Assembly: GCA_004022145.1 (NCBI GenBank)
Contig: RCNU01000003.1
DNA from: Paecilomyces variotii
Lineage: Eukaryota
DNA: 64,000 bases
Strand: one strand, 5' to 3'
Under the pieces are notes generated by a model that did not search any database, had not been told where the DNA came from, and saw only the letters and a list, made by a program, of their open reading frames with translations. Positions 37,635 to 51,600 of the stretch are shown one piece after another (position 1 is the stretch's first letter; every line of letters begins with the position of its first letter). The position numbers and the translations under genes were made by a program.

Positions 37635-38521
37635 CTCTTCTCCAATTCAAAGGCCATGTCTCACCACCCCAAGAGAGAGCACTCCGAAACTACCCCGCCT
37701 TACGTAAGTATCGACCCCCCCTCCTCCGATCGATCAGATAAGACCGACAACGGGAGAGAGTCGAGACGTCATGCTCTCCGTAGTAGTACTGTAGTCTCGA
37801 CACACTCGGCCGAGAATCATTTAAGATGGTTCTAAGGCTGGGCTACAACAGAGCTTATGTGAACTTCACCTGACGATGTAGAAGACCGCTTGAGAATCAG
37901 ATTGGATATAGACAAAGAGTGGCAGTGAGGATGCTAGTCTATTGGGAGTCTCAAGCAACTCGTTCCTTGGGAGCTCCGAGAAAACTTTTCTCCCAAGGTC
38001 CGAGCTCCGTAGATCTCCGCCTCCCTATTTTAGGTGCCGGCCGGCCAGTCGCCGAGTCTTGCCTCCCACGGCGATCGATTTCCAGAACTGATTCCTCATC
38101 ATCATCTCGATTATTATTCTGCGCAGTGTTATTATTATTAACCAATCTAGCTGGTCTCGTTCAGCTGACATATGATGGAAATCCAGGCCGTGGATATGAG
38201 TCAACAGCTTCGAACTTCATTAATAACTGACTAGTTACTTAGTTGATACTGAATAAAGTTAACTATTGGCCTCAAAGCTGTTCATGACGCGGGCATAGAT
38301 CCCGGACGGCGTGGCTGGCCTAACCAAACCCCGTGTCATGAATTAAATAGGAGCTCTCAAGGGTAGTGTCACTGCTCCTATGATACATGTTCCATCGACA
38401 TTGTCACGGTGAATTAAACCAGAATAGCAAAATAATCACTCTCGAAATTAACCCCCAAAAAATATAAATATACACTCTACAGAAATATATATATATATAT
38501 ATTTCTCGCATCAGGCTCAAA

Positions 38522-39513
38522 ATGGCCGATCTCAAGCCCCCATTCACTGCAGAGACGGCGCAGAAAAAGCTCAAGGTTGCTCAAGACGCCTGGAATACAC
38601 AGTAAGCGGTGGTAATCCTATTGTTATTGTTATTGTTATTGTTATTGTTGTTGTTTTTATTATGATGACTATTCTTTTCGGGCCGTTTCTACTCAAATTC
38701 TCTTATCGTTGTGGTGGTCATCTGCTCGTGGCTATTATTACTACCGTACTTCCCCCCTTCCGAGCGATGTGATCGATGGGTTTCCCGGAATCGCAAAGAA
38801 TGCGGGACAAGACGCAATAGTCTACCGCATCCCTTGCTTCTCCCTTTGATGAGCCTCTTCAATGTCCTATCTATTAGTATAATCGTGTCTAATCCGATCC
38901 AATCCCAATGTCGCCTTTACTTCCCCCCTCCTCTCTCTCTATGTGCTGCAAAGAAAAAGAGAAAAGACAGAGAAGATGAAGATGATGATGATGAAGAAAA
39001 AGCCGCATCCCCACCTAACTAGCCGCTATATTATTTATTTACTCTACAAAACCAACATCATACTACCCAAACTAGGAAAAGCTGACAACACACCCTCCCC
39101 TTCTTTCCTGTCCTTCTAGAAACCCTTCCAAAATCGCCACCGCATACACTCCAGACTCGATCTGGCGTAATCGCGACACCTTTCTCACCGGCACGGCCGC
39201 CATCATCGATTTCCTCACTGCGAAATGGCAGCGGGAGAAATCGTATCGGCTCCGCAAAGAGCTGTTTGCGTACACGGACGATCGCATTGCCGTGCAGTTC
39301 TGGTACGAGTATCAGGATGCACATGATGGGATGCGCTGGAAGCGATGCTATGGTCTGGAGGATTGGACGTTTGATCGCGATACGGGGAAGATGCGGAAGC
39401 GGCAGATGAGTGGGAATGATGTGTTGATTGGACCGGATGGGAATGGGGAAGGGAGGTGGTTTGTTGATGGGGTTGATGTGAATGAGGTGAAGATTGGGGA
39501 GGAGCATTGGTAG
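38522..39513 (+). CDS. DUF1348 / SnoaL-like (NTF2-fold) protein; one 518-nt intron 38602-39119
   Basis: MADLKPPFTAETAQKKLKVAQDAWNTQ|NPSKIATAYTPDSIWRNRD..FLTAKWQREKSYRLRKELF..DRIAVQFWYEY..WKRCYGLEDWTF..GKMRKRQMSGND. Donor GTAAGC, branch GCTGAC, acceptor TAG. Confidence 0.88.
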
Positions 39514-41713
39514 GTGTTTAAAGGCATTAGGGATACTTATTGGAGAGGAGATGAGTTTATTCTTTTTTAAATAATTTGTTACGGGAAAAATGGATGTTTA
39601 TCCTACTATTATTATTACGAAATATGGTAGATTGAAGCAGATGAGGTATGAAATTGCTTATTTATTCGTTGGACTCTGAGAGATTTCGTAAGATGAGGCT
39701 ATCTACTAAACACGCAAAGACTTGTGTGCTGAGATCAGATGAAAGAGTCGTCCGAATAATAGTGGGATCCGGATATTGGTGGGCTGCCATGTTATGATAT
39801 ATATTATTGCCAGACAGGACAATTTGGCGCACAGATAGATGTGGAAATATATTGGCATGCTGATGTTCTTGTTTTGCTGCTATATGTCTACTGCTGATCT
39901 GATGAGATTAATAAATAATCATGGTCTTCGAATAGAGAACCAGAAGCCTTTATTTTTGTACCCTAGGGAGCATCCTTGTATTGTCTACATCGGAGTCATC
40001 CAGACAGCTGGTCTTGTAAACTTGTGTCGGATAACTACCACCGACTACATGACTCAATCCATCTATATCGGCTATACGGAGTAGCTTGCTGCCGATTTAC
40101 AGCCCTGCACTGTTGCATACTCCAGAGGACTCGCGCACAGCTATCCCCGCAGATCGTTCTCCACAGCCTCCTGTTCCCTCCCGGATCCTTCCCAGTTATG
40201 GGAAAGTCTAGTAATTAGTTACGAGCCACAACTTAGCTAAGAAATCGAGCTGCGTCCCTTCCCTCGCTTTTTTCGACGACGACGGAGCAACCCCCGATAT
40301 TTATGCACAATTGCATTCGACGGACGGGTACGACTCCTCCGTACCGAGATCTTGGTTCTTCTGATGGTAGAATCCACATGAGACCTGTTCTCATGGTTGC
40401 TTTTTCCTTTGGTTCGACCATTGACGATGAAGAATGTGTGGAACGGGTGGTGTATCTCATCTCATATCCAAGGCCATGACCGGAATGTGCCCGCGCGACA
40501 CGGGTTCCTGCGATTTTTTCCCAGTTCCCCAGCCTTACTGGACTCTGAGCTAGCCAAGCGAGCGGATTTAAGCGACTAACGAGCTAGATCAGAGATAAAA
40601 CTCTTGGAAATAGTTCTGCAGTGGTTATACGCGATGTGTGCTATCCAGCCGAGATGGTTCCTCTCCACCTGAGGAATGCGAGCGATAATGATCGGTCCCC
40701 TCCACCATCAATCAGATTCGCGATCGACTGGGAGCGAGGTTGGCTCTGTCGATCTTGGACAGCTCAATTGCATGGGAACTCATCTCGATTTTGCGCGCAG
40801 GCAATTGATAGCGGTGATATTCCATTGTGAACGTTCGTACTTCATTGTTTGATCCGGCGGAGCAGTTGTCTTATTTCGCTTCTTGGATAATGCGAATTGC
40901 GCACTTTTGGCCGTGAAACTGTAATGAACAAATATTAGCACAGGCTAACGGATGTAGGAAAGCGACATTGTGCCACTGCATTGTCCTTACATGCTGGTGA
41001 GGATGCGGTTCGAGGACTGAAGTCCGTAGATGGTGCATTCCTCAGGGCAATGCCGCCGGTGGCCCGGGGAACTTGTGGTATTCAAGTGGAATCGTCAAGG
41101 GCTATTTCCCTATCAATGTTCATTCCTCGGTCCCTCCCACCTTGCCATGGCATGTCTGCAGCGCGAGTGCTCATGGTCTCGTTTCCTAAAAGTTCGGGGT
41201 GCCTCAGGAGGACGTGTGGACGTCGATGTTAGTATACGGACGACAGCTGCCTGTCGAGAGTCGACACAAACCTTAGCTTCTGCCTGAGCGCCAGGACACC
41301 ACTTCTTTCGCTACCTGCCATTATCGAAATACCTGACACTCGTTTAATATCTTTCTCAATCTTAATAATTGGTCTAATCCGTCCTCTCGTTTAAGCAATA
41401 ATCGAATCGATCATTATACCCGGAAAATACAGAACTGAAACAGTGCTTTGGACAACACCATTGAGAAATACCATCAGGTGTGTGCTGACTGTAGGCTAAC
41501 ATCAGTAGCCCTTTGAAGAGAGACTAATTGGCTGAAAGAAAGGCTGTTGTCTTTTAGTTTGAAATCATCAGAGCACAAAGACCATATGCCAGTGTGAGCG
41601 TTGCGGAGTAACCTGAACTGTTTATCTCTGGTGACTACACACGCATTTTCACACCAGTCGCCATTCATTCAATGTCTCTGCCCAGTACCAGAAATTGATC
41701 ATAGACCTCAGTG

Positions 41714-44700
41714 ATGGACAACACAGACAGCATTGGCCGCCCACCATCAAGGCGTGCCCCTCTCACAGATGCCACGACCAGAGTCAACAATTCACCAGCA
41801 CGACCAGCTACACGAGGTCGTGGATACGACGACCAGTTGAAGGTCTCGGATGCTATGACTCCTCCAGTCACCCCTACCTCTACTGGAAGGGCGGAAAACA
41901 AACGCCTATCAGCAGTAACTGAAGCTGGGTCGAACCGTAACTCCGCCATATCGACAGCATCCACCACTTCTGGAAAGGGACGGAGAAAGACACATGTCGG
42001 ACCATGGCAACTTGGCAAGACCCTTGGTAAAGGGGCTACGGGCCGTGTTCGCCTAGCCAAGCACGCAGTTACAGGTCAAGCTGCTGCCATAAAGATCGTT
42101 TCGAAGAAGTCTGCGGCAATGGTGCAGAGTGAGAGCATTGCAGCGATGGACCGAAACGCGGGTCTCCTGGCGGGAGCTATGGGTTCAGCTGGAGCGAGAC
42201 CAATGCCATGCGGTATTGAGAGAGAGGTGGTAATTATGAAGTTGATTGAACATCCCAACGTGATCAACTTATACGATGTCTGGGAGAACAGAGGCGAACT
42301 GTAAGCACGAAGAACCAAGCGTGTATAGACTTGTCATAACTGACCCCTTGCAGATATCTCGTGCTTGAATACGTAGAAGGTGGAGAACTTTTCGAATACG
42401 TCTCGACCAACGGTCCTCTACCAGAGGAGGAGGCAGTTCGCCTATTTCGACAAATCATTGCCGGGCTCGCATACTGCCATCGATTCAATATCTGCCACCG
42501 GGACCTCAAGCCAGAAAACATCTTGCTGGATGCCAACCACAACATCAAACTTGCTGACTTCGGAATGGCCGCTCTACAGCCAGCAGGATACTGGTTGAAC
42601 ACATCATGCGGCAGTCCACACTACGCCGCTCCTGAGATTATCTATGGACGCAGATATCGTGGCGATAAAGCAGATATTTGGAGCTGTGGGATTATCCTCT
42701 ATGCCTTACTGACTGGATTTCTTCCCTTCGATGGTGGCGATCTACCAAACACTCTACGTCTCGTGAAGAAGGGAGAATACTTCCTGCCACGCTCCCTCAG
42801 CTTGGAAGCAGCAGATATGATCCAACGTATCTTGCAGAAAAGACCGGAAGATCGGATCAGCATAGAGAAGATGTGGCAGCATCCTCTCCTGAAGAAGTAC
42901 GAGACACTCCACCAAGCTATGTCTGACTCTCCAGTCGGTCTTCCGCCACCACTCTCCACCAAGGCCTGTGGTCCGCCTGTTCCCAGCCGCCAGGACATTG
43001 ACATGGACTTGCTCCGTAACCTTCAGACATTATGGCATGACGTTAAGCCGGAGGTCTTAATCGAGAAGCTGCTCAACAAAGAGTAAGTGATGGATGTATA
43101 ACCACTACTATTGACGAACCTTACTAACCGGACGGTTTTCATAGACCTAACCAGGAGAAGATGTTCTACTATGCTCTTGTTAAATTCAGGGACGAGCAAC
43201 TAGAAAATTACCAGGGACAGCCTCTGGAGTACTCTGCCAGTGACTATCATCACATTTCACGCTCAGCCGTTCGGTCAGCCGTCAAGAGGACCCAGAACAG
43301 CCGCGGTCATGGTTCTCTCTCTCGTAGACGTTCACAGTTCTCAGTCATCCCCGAAGTCAGCCGCTTCGGCTCTTTGAAAGAGGCAAGGGACACGCCGAAA
43401 TCGACACGCACCGTGGAGAGCTATGACCCGTATAGGCCCTCTAAGAACCCGATAGGTACCCCGCATGTGGAATACGCCAATGTCACCGTCCACCGAAGGG
43501 ACTCAGGGCTCTCAGATTATGAAGATATAGCTGATGGTCCTGGAAGTAGCCCCAGTCCGGCTGAAAAGATGAGCAAGCCGGAAGAGGCCCCCATGCCTTC
43601 AAGTTCTTCCTTCGAGCTCCTGCGTACGAACAAACCCAAGAGCGCTGCACGGTCATTCCACTCTCGCAGCTCCATCTCCAGTGCTCGCCCTGGGTACAGC
43701 CCGATGCCAAGCGGCCGCTCTGCCAGCTACAAGAGAAATGTCTCGTTCCGTCACGTTCGTAACCGGTCTCAGGGTGGTATGTCTGCTAAGGCAAAGGCTG
43801 CCCAGGTTCAGGCGAAGGATGTCCCAGAGGTGCCCAAGCTACCTTGTGATGGAATGTCACCCGAAGGAGATGCTAGTCCTGCACTACCATCACCGAAGGC
43901 AGTCGTTCGAACCCCTGTAGCGATCAAGCCTGCTGCTGAAATGAGGATTCGTGACCCTAATCTGTACTGGAAGGAGGATGCTCGGAAAGTCTCCAACGAG
44001 CTCAGTCAGATCTGCGAGGAAGCGTTCAACAGATCCTCTGTGTCCACTCGTCATACTGCTTCTAGCAGCCAATACATGTCGAACTCCGAGACGCCAGCGA
44101 CGTCAGTTTCTCTCTTGACGCCAGAAAACTCGCAGCAGTTGATCATGAACAGCAAGTCGAGTGGAAACACTCTGCAAGAACGTGCATCGGAACGGTTTGA
44201 CTCGAAGACCGTTAACGATCTTGCCGAAACGCGTCGTAGACTGATCGAACACTCCACCAAGGCTGGGTCTGAGAAACTGCCAGAATACCTGTCGGATGTC
44301 ATCTCGCATCTGGATCGCCTGATTGAACAAGACAGGCCGAAACAATACAGAAACAAGCAGTCCGAGAAAGCAGACGAGAACGAGCCGTACAGGCGAGCAA
44401 TCTCCGATCCCATCACAAAGCCAAACGTTGAAGGGGTTTATTTGCCTTGCATCTCCGAGGAGCTGCTCTCCCCGATGGACAGCACTCCCGATCTGGACCT
44501 CAACTTTGTTGATCAGAGGAAACCCTCAGATTCCAGTCGACGTTCTGACGGCAAGATCACCAAAGACAAGAGAGCTACTATCCGCATGGTCCCTCAGGAC
44601 TCCTTCGGTTCTCTCGAGGAAATCAAGCCACTTACCATTCGGAAGAAGAACCAGCCTCCACGGTTGGCGATGACGCCTCGACACAGCTCTGCTGATTCTT

Positions 44701-45755
44701 ACATCCAGCTGCACAGCCCTGAGAGTCCCACATTCGACCAGCGGGACAGATATGTCTCGGGCGGTTCTCGTAACCGCTACTACCTTGGTCTGGAGCCGAT
44801 TGAGGAGAACCCGAGGTCTCCACGGCGCACCGACGGCAAGGGTCCTGGTGAAGGCAAGAAATGGTCGTGGTTCAACAAGTCTAGGTTCGAACCTCATGGA
44901 GAACGGCCGCCTACTCCGCCGAAGGATGTCAAGGCTGTTCATTCTAGTGACACGAGCATCGTTGTGCAGGAGTGCCCACTTACTCCTGTAGACTCCCACG
45001 ACGATGCCCCAAACACGCTTAAGAAGAAGCAATCCTTCGAGAAGAGCAGCAAGGGAGGCTTCCTTAAGATGTTCAGCAAGAAAAAGGCGAGCAAGCCGGC
45101 CCATGAAATCAGCACTGGTAAGGAATATCTCTGGCTTTTCAGATGGCAAATGCTTACATAGTTATCTGATATAGGTGAGAGCGAAGCTGGTGATGTTGAT
45201 TCTGTGGTCACTGGTCCTGCAGTCAGTGAAGCTTCTGAGCAGCCCGTTAATCGCCGCAAGTCTGTGAGAAGGCCCCATAAGTCGGGTAACCCGAACTGGT
45301 TTGCTCGCTTCTTCCATGTTAAGCCAGCTACTCGTGTCGTGGCCTTGAACACATCGAAGGTGAAGGGCCGAAAGGATGTGTACAAGACCCTGAGGGACTG
45401 GCAGCGATATGGTATGGAAGAGGTCCACTTGGACAAGGCCAACAACGTAATCTACGGTCGTGTGGGACAAGTCAACTGTGAGTTCCAGAGCTGAAGTATT
45501 CGTTTGAGTTCAACTGACATGGATTTAGTCCTCCGTCTACGTCCTGTTGAATTCTCCGCAGAGTTCTTTACCGTGTTGGAGCATGGTCGTCATGCAAACC
45601 TCAGTCTTATTCAATTCCGCCAGGAGCGAGGAGCGGCGTCGTCTTTCCACAAGGTCGTTGACAGCATGCAAGTAGTGTTGAAGCAGCATGACCTTCTTGT
45701 TGAGGATCCGGCGCGCGCGAAGAAAATGGCCAAGGTGCTTGACCATCTGTCCTAA
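41714..45755 (+). CDS. Nim1-family Ser/Thr kinase (Gin4/Hsl1/Cdr2-like) with C-terminal KA1-like domain; introns 42301-42353, 43083-43144, 45118-45174, 45478-45528
   Basis: VGPWQLGKTLGKGATGRVRLAKH, IEREVVIMKLIEHPN, HRDLKPEN, ADFGMAALQ, TSCGSPHYAAPE, PNQEKMFYYAL and C-terminal NWFARFFHVKP..QERGAASSFHKV. All four introns restore the frame. Confidence 0.92.
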
Positions 45756-47027
45756 GCAGTTGATCCTGCGGTCATCCGAAGCAGAGGAATCCTACTTTTC
45801 ATCATTCCCCCCCCCACTCGTTCGCAAAATTCTGCCATTCGTCTGGCCTTTTCAGGAGTTTCTTGTTCAGAGCGTTTTTTCCCTTATTTGGTGCCTCGTT
45901 TTCTTGTCCTCCACTTGCATAGCCATATTTGGCGTTCCTTCATTGCCTGATTCGCAAGCGACCTTTCCTAAACATATCCAACGTCACTGATCCTCCATTG
46001 CGAAACCGCAGCAGGAACAGATTGGCTTAACTGTTGAACACAAACATTTCCTTAGTCTTTATTGCCGGATACGTCTCGAACCTATCCTAACCTCACCACA
46101 ACAATTTCCTTATCTGTCTCAAGTCTCACCCACAGTCTCTCTTTGATGCGACCTGAAGTCGTCAAACCCACATCTTGGCACCCTTTCGGGATTGGTGTCC
46201 ACACAGACTCTTTATCTCTACCTTACATCTCATCTCGAGTCAGGGTCTCCTTGCTTTTCTTTTCCTTACCTTTCTCTTCCGCCATCTCGAGCGTGTATAT
46301 CATCGCTTAGCTCGTCTGCCTGTCTGCGACATTTTTATTTCGCCATGTCTGATTTTCCCCCCTTTCCTTTAATCAGCTAATCACGGTGCCGTCGAAAGCA
46401 AACCCGATATGCAGATTGGAAGGGAACGGGACGTCCAATCCATACGGCTTTCTTGCAGAAAAGCACTGTTTTCTTTCTATTCATGTATTTAATGCACGAT
46501 TATCAGCCGGTCTTCACTCTGTAGGCCGCCCGATCTGGTCGCCAGGTTTTTAGTCTTTTCGAATATCAATACCTTCAAAGAATGTATTTCAGTGGTAGGA
46601 GAAGTTATGAATAATTGCTGGCGACGACGAAGTGCAGGACATGACGAAATTACTCTTAGACCTGATTCGTCAATAAGTATTACAGCATAATAGCCAAGCC
46701 AAGCCAATATCAAACTGGCCTAGTTAGGTAGTTATATCTCAGGGCCAGAAGAAATATGAGACAACAAATATGCATAGATCGGAACCAACCACCACAAACG
46801 AATCTAGTAGCATTTCAACTTCAATCTCAAATTCTCAATAGGTACTACTGTAGTACCATACTGGTCTCTCTTGAATGCCACTATTCTCCTTACCACATAT
46901 TAAATTAACATTTCAAGAGATTTCAATCCCGAACGCGATTCCCCCTTCATTCCTAAGAAAGACCATTGATCGAGACTTAACCCGTCCAGTTTGCGAAAGG
47001 AACACTTTACTTTCTCTCTCCATATGA

Positions 47028-47345
47028 AAAGAAAGAAAGAAAGAAAGAAAGAAGAAGAAAAAAAAAAGTAGAACGAAGAAGAGATTTGTACGATGTACTA
47101 CTACTTACTCCCTACAACTACTACTTATCTCGCAGAGACTAACTAACCAAGTTATTAACTAGTTTCATTTCAACACATGGTCAAATACCATGGGATAGTA
47201 AATTAATTCCCTTCGATTTTATGTATGACCACAATACCCGGTAGATAACTAGATAGATAGATAGATAGATAGCTCGAAGCTAACTATGTATGTATGTATG
47301 CCAGGGGATGTAAAGTAAGTAAGTCAAGTCAAGTCAAGTCAAAAA
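47028..47345. repeat. Cluster of short tandem repeats: (GAAA)n, (AGAT)n, (TATG)n, (GTAA)n, (AAGTC)n
   Basis: Directly visible runs in AT-rich intergenic DNA left of the retrotransposon. Confidence 0.8.
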
Positions 47346-48183
47346 CTGCAAATGATACAGTACTACTTCTCACCAATGACTACAATTACATAACTTCGTT
47401 CGAGAAATAATTGCTAGTTACTTACTTCTAGAAGACACTCTTGGATTATTTAGTTAGTTAATAACTTGCTTGCAGCACGGAATGAGATAATTAACTACCT
47501 ATTAGTCAGATATCCCAAAAAAGAAAGAAAGCAGAGTAGTTACTTACATGACAAGCGCAAGTAAAGGGAACTCACTGACTAGGTAACTAACTAACTACAC
47601 ATTCATTCTCTAATGTTCACAAGAAATTCCACCATACATAAGTTAAGTACTCTATGATACTTCGAAGCTATAAGGGGAAACAAAAAGCAAATCGAAAACA
47701 AATCCAACTCGCAGGAGTAGGCAGCTTCGTCTATGTTACTTACTTGTAAAACGTTTACTCCCAGGGAACTTACCAAAGACTGATTAATAATAGTTAGCTG
47801 TAGATAGTACCATACCATAGTTAACATATACATACACATCCACATACTTACTTACCCAGCAGAAGCTCTACTCTAGAACCGCCCCCCGTCTGGGCCTTTC
47901 CGCGCCTCTCGGACCGGTCCGGTCCGGCGCTTGGCGTCTTGCTTGTTCTTTTTAATCCGTATTGTGGGAGCCTTGGGAGGTAAATAATGATAATACCATA
48001 ATAATAATAATAATACATTATTATTATAAGCCCTTAGGCTATGCTACGCGTGTCCTGGACTTACTTACAGATTTTACAGCTAGCCAGTTGATATAGACCT
48101 AAAGCTATTATCTTATTTTAGATCTAAATTAGCATATAAGAGCTTTACACTTAGTTTTAGGTAGAGAATTTAAAGGTATTAGA

Positions 48184-48614
48184 TGTAAGGAACAGGGGTT
48201 CCTGGAGGTTGCTGGCGAATTACTCCGCCCGCGATTATAGCAAGAGGGATAACAGCTTCATATACTTAGCTTAAAGAAAGGTTTATTGGCAAGACAAAAG
48301 GTTAACTATTATAATAAAGGGTTTAATTAATATAAAGAAGGATCTATACTAGAGGATTTTAATAATAAAGAGTCTATATAAGTAAGAAAATAGTAGAATA
48401 TATATTATATTAGAATAGATTGCTAGCTTCTAATAAGATAATAATCTAAAGCCTATTTATATTCTAAATCTTAAATATTTCCTAGCTTTATCTTATATAA
48501 ATCCTAAAAGTAAGGAGAATAGGATTAACTAATTACCTTAGTATTATATTTAGATTTAGGGCTTTACTATAGTCCTGTAAGCTTATGCCTTAATAAAAAA
48601 TTAGGGGTATAATA
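48184..48614 (-). repeat. 3' LTR of the Gypsy element
   Basis: Starts TGTAAGGAAC, ends GGGGTATAATA (RIP form of GGGGCATGACA) and is adjacent to the PPT (ATTCCCCCCCTTTT on +). Confidence 0.92.
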
Positions 48615-51600
48615 ATATTCCCCCCCTTTTTAAAGGCTTATCCTTAAGCTATTATAAAGTTATTATATTAAATATAAAGTATAGCTTTATAAAGGTTTAT
48701 AATATAATAAATAAAGGAGCTTCTTACTGCCTTTATAATAAAGAGTTAAGAAATTATATAAGCTAGAAGTATTATTTATATAATATTATAAGATTAGAAT
48801 TTTAACCCTTAATAATTATCTTCTTACCTCCTGCTATATATAGCTCTTAATCTTAAATATATTTAAATAAAGATCTAGATATATTTTTAAAGGCATAATA
48901 ATGCTAATAATATAATAGCTTAAAAAACTTTAAAAAATTAGCTGCTTTTTATTTATTTTTAGAGCTTCTTGCTCTAGGAGTAAGTTATTTTAACTAGTTA
49001 TATTAATATCCGCTAATCTAATTAGACTATAGGTCCTAAAATTTATTTTATACTGCTTTATTATAGTAAGACTTCTTAAATAATTATTTTAGTTTAGGAT
49101 TTATATAATATATACTAATTTTATTAGTATTAATAGCCTGAAGAAATTATCTCCCTTTCTAGGGAGCTATCTCCTCCTCCTATATTCCTTATAGAGGAAA
49201 CAGTTACTATTACTAAGATATAGCTAGATCTAATTATTAATATAATTCTAGATTATAATCCTCTAACTACTGTTAAGATATTAAGAACTCTAGCTATTAT
49301 TATAACGCTAGAGAGACTACTTCCTTAGTTAAGTATTATTCCTTTTATAGCTATTAATAGGTTAGTATCTCTATTTACTTTAAATCCTATAGAGAATCTA
49401 TTAGCTAAGATAAATATTGCGCTAGAATTAAGGCATAGAAGATTTATATTTTTATTAAACTAGCCTTTTTTTATAGTCTTAGCTATTATATAAATAAATC
49501 TATCTAACTTAATAATAGCGCTAAAAAGCTTATTAAAAAAAAAGACTTATTTTATTATTAGGCTAGCTATTATAGCTAAGCTAAAAATAACTTCTGTTTA
49601 TACTATAAAAAGGCCTTAAAAATAAAGCGCAGAATATAGGGAGATTATTAATATAAAGACTTAGACTAAACTAGCTGCTATTAAAATATTAGTTAAAATT
49701 ATTATTATTACTATTATTAATATAATAATAGAGAATAGCCTTACTATCTTTAGGCTAAGTAAGGAATTTCTTCTAATATTTTAAAAGATATGCCTTTATT
49801 ATTTAAAGGGGCTAATTAAGAATTTAGCACTTTAATATATCTATATTAATATTAATATTAAGTATAACTACTATAGTTATAAATATAAGCTCTATATTCT
49901 AATCTTATTAATTTATAAGGATAAGCTTATTTATTTATAAAGCCTTAGTTAAGAGGCCTATCTCTTAGATAATTATAGGTCTTTTAAGAAGGCTTATAAT
50001 AAGTATAAATCCTCTATAGAGATATATCTATATAAAGTGCCTATTAAGGCAGATATAAATAAGCTTATATCTGCTATCTTATTAACTCTATCTTTATATA
50101 AATAATCTATAATATAGTTCTAGTAAAAGTTGCTTAAATTATTTTATTTAATAATATTAGATCTATAGCACATATAAGAAATTATATATATTATTTATAA
50201 TATTTCTCCTTTCTCTAATAAGAAAAAGAATAAATTTATGCTAATAAGATTTTATAATAGTGAAATAAATAAATAGGGGGGAATTAATCTTAGGCCTATA
50301 TTTTTAGTTTTTACTAGGGATAGCCTAGTTAAAATAAATTTATTTCTAAATAGACTAGCTTCTTATATTCTTATTAAAACTCCTAAACCTTTATAAATAA
50401 ATAAATAGAGAAAGAGTAATATAAATTTAATAATAAAATAATTAAATAAAACTTAAAAACCTAATAGGAAAAAAGAGAAATCTTATTAATTTTATTAATT
50501 CCTTTTTCTAGAGCTTTTTAAAGCTCTTCTTAGAGAGGTCTTATTAATAGCTTATACTATTACCTTAAATTTAGCTAATATATCTTAAATATATTTAAGA
50601 TCTTCTTTAGGCTATTATAAATTTTTATACTCTAAATAGCCTTTTTATTTAATTAAATATTGCTTCTTTTCTTATATTATCTATTTATCTAAAATAGCTT
50701 TAATCTCTTATTCTAGTTTATTATCTACTAAGATTAGGTTTAAATACTTAGATTTAGCCCTTAATCTTTAATAATAGGGCTCTAATAAGGAGATATAAAA
50801 GATTAAATATATTCTGCCTAAGCTTTTTAGAAATTTAAGCTAATAAGCTTAAGTCTTAATTCTCTCTATAACTTTATAGGGTCTTAAATATTTTATATCT
50901 AATTTCTTAATTAATTAATCTATCTTTAAGTTCTTTATTAAAAGATAGACTTAATCTCTTATTATATAAGATTTAGGCTTATATTTTTTATTATAATATT
51001 TCTATTGCGCAATAATAGCCTTTTAAAAGGATTTTTCTAATTAAATATAAATCTTAGTAAATTCCTTTAATTAATTATTAACTACTAGTATATCTATTTA
51101 CTTCTTAAAGTTATATTTATTCTAACTCCTAGGGTTAAATCTATAAATAATATAGAAGAAAGTTATACTTATAGAGGTATAGATTAAATTATTATATATA
51201 AACTCTACTATAATTAATAAGGATACTTAATTATCTTACTTATAGTTTAAATAAACCTAGAGGTAATACTTTAATATCTAGTTCTGCCTTTTAGTCTAGC
51301 TATTAATCTAAGAGTAAAATATAATACTTAGAAATTTAATAATTTAAATATAATAGCAAAGTTTTATTTAATATTTATTAGTAAATAGCGTACTCTTATT
51401 TAATATAATTAACTATAAAGGTCTAAAGCAGTTATAAATATAATCTATAATAAGGTTAGCTATCTTATCTGCCTTTAATATTTTATAGATAGAGATATAG
51501 AGCGCTATCTTTAAATAATAATTTATAATTATTAATATTAAATTATAAATAATTCTTTATTTTTTTAATAATAGCAGTCCTATTATAAAATCTATTAAAA

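Noticed and set aside
37350..37835. 161-aa ORF with a poly-Phe run
   Set aside because: The poly-F is a translation of the (CTT)n microsatellite, and the rest shows no protein-like features.
39800..41300. Several 60-85 aa ORFs upstream of the kinase, possibly a decayed gene
   Set aside because: No recognisable motif or consistent exon chain could be assembled.
41672..41698. 8-codon uORF just upstream of the kinase ATG
   Set aside because: It precedes a plausible 3' splice site (TTGATCATAG, ~41704) and may lie within a 5'UTR intron. It cannot be supported without transcripts.
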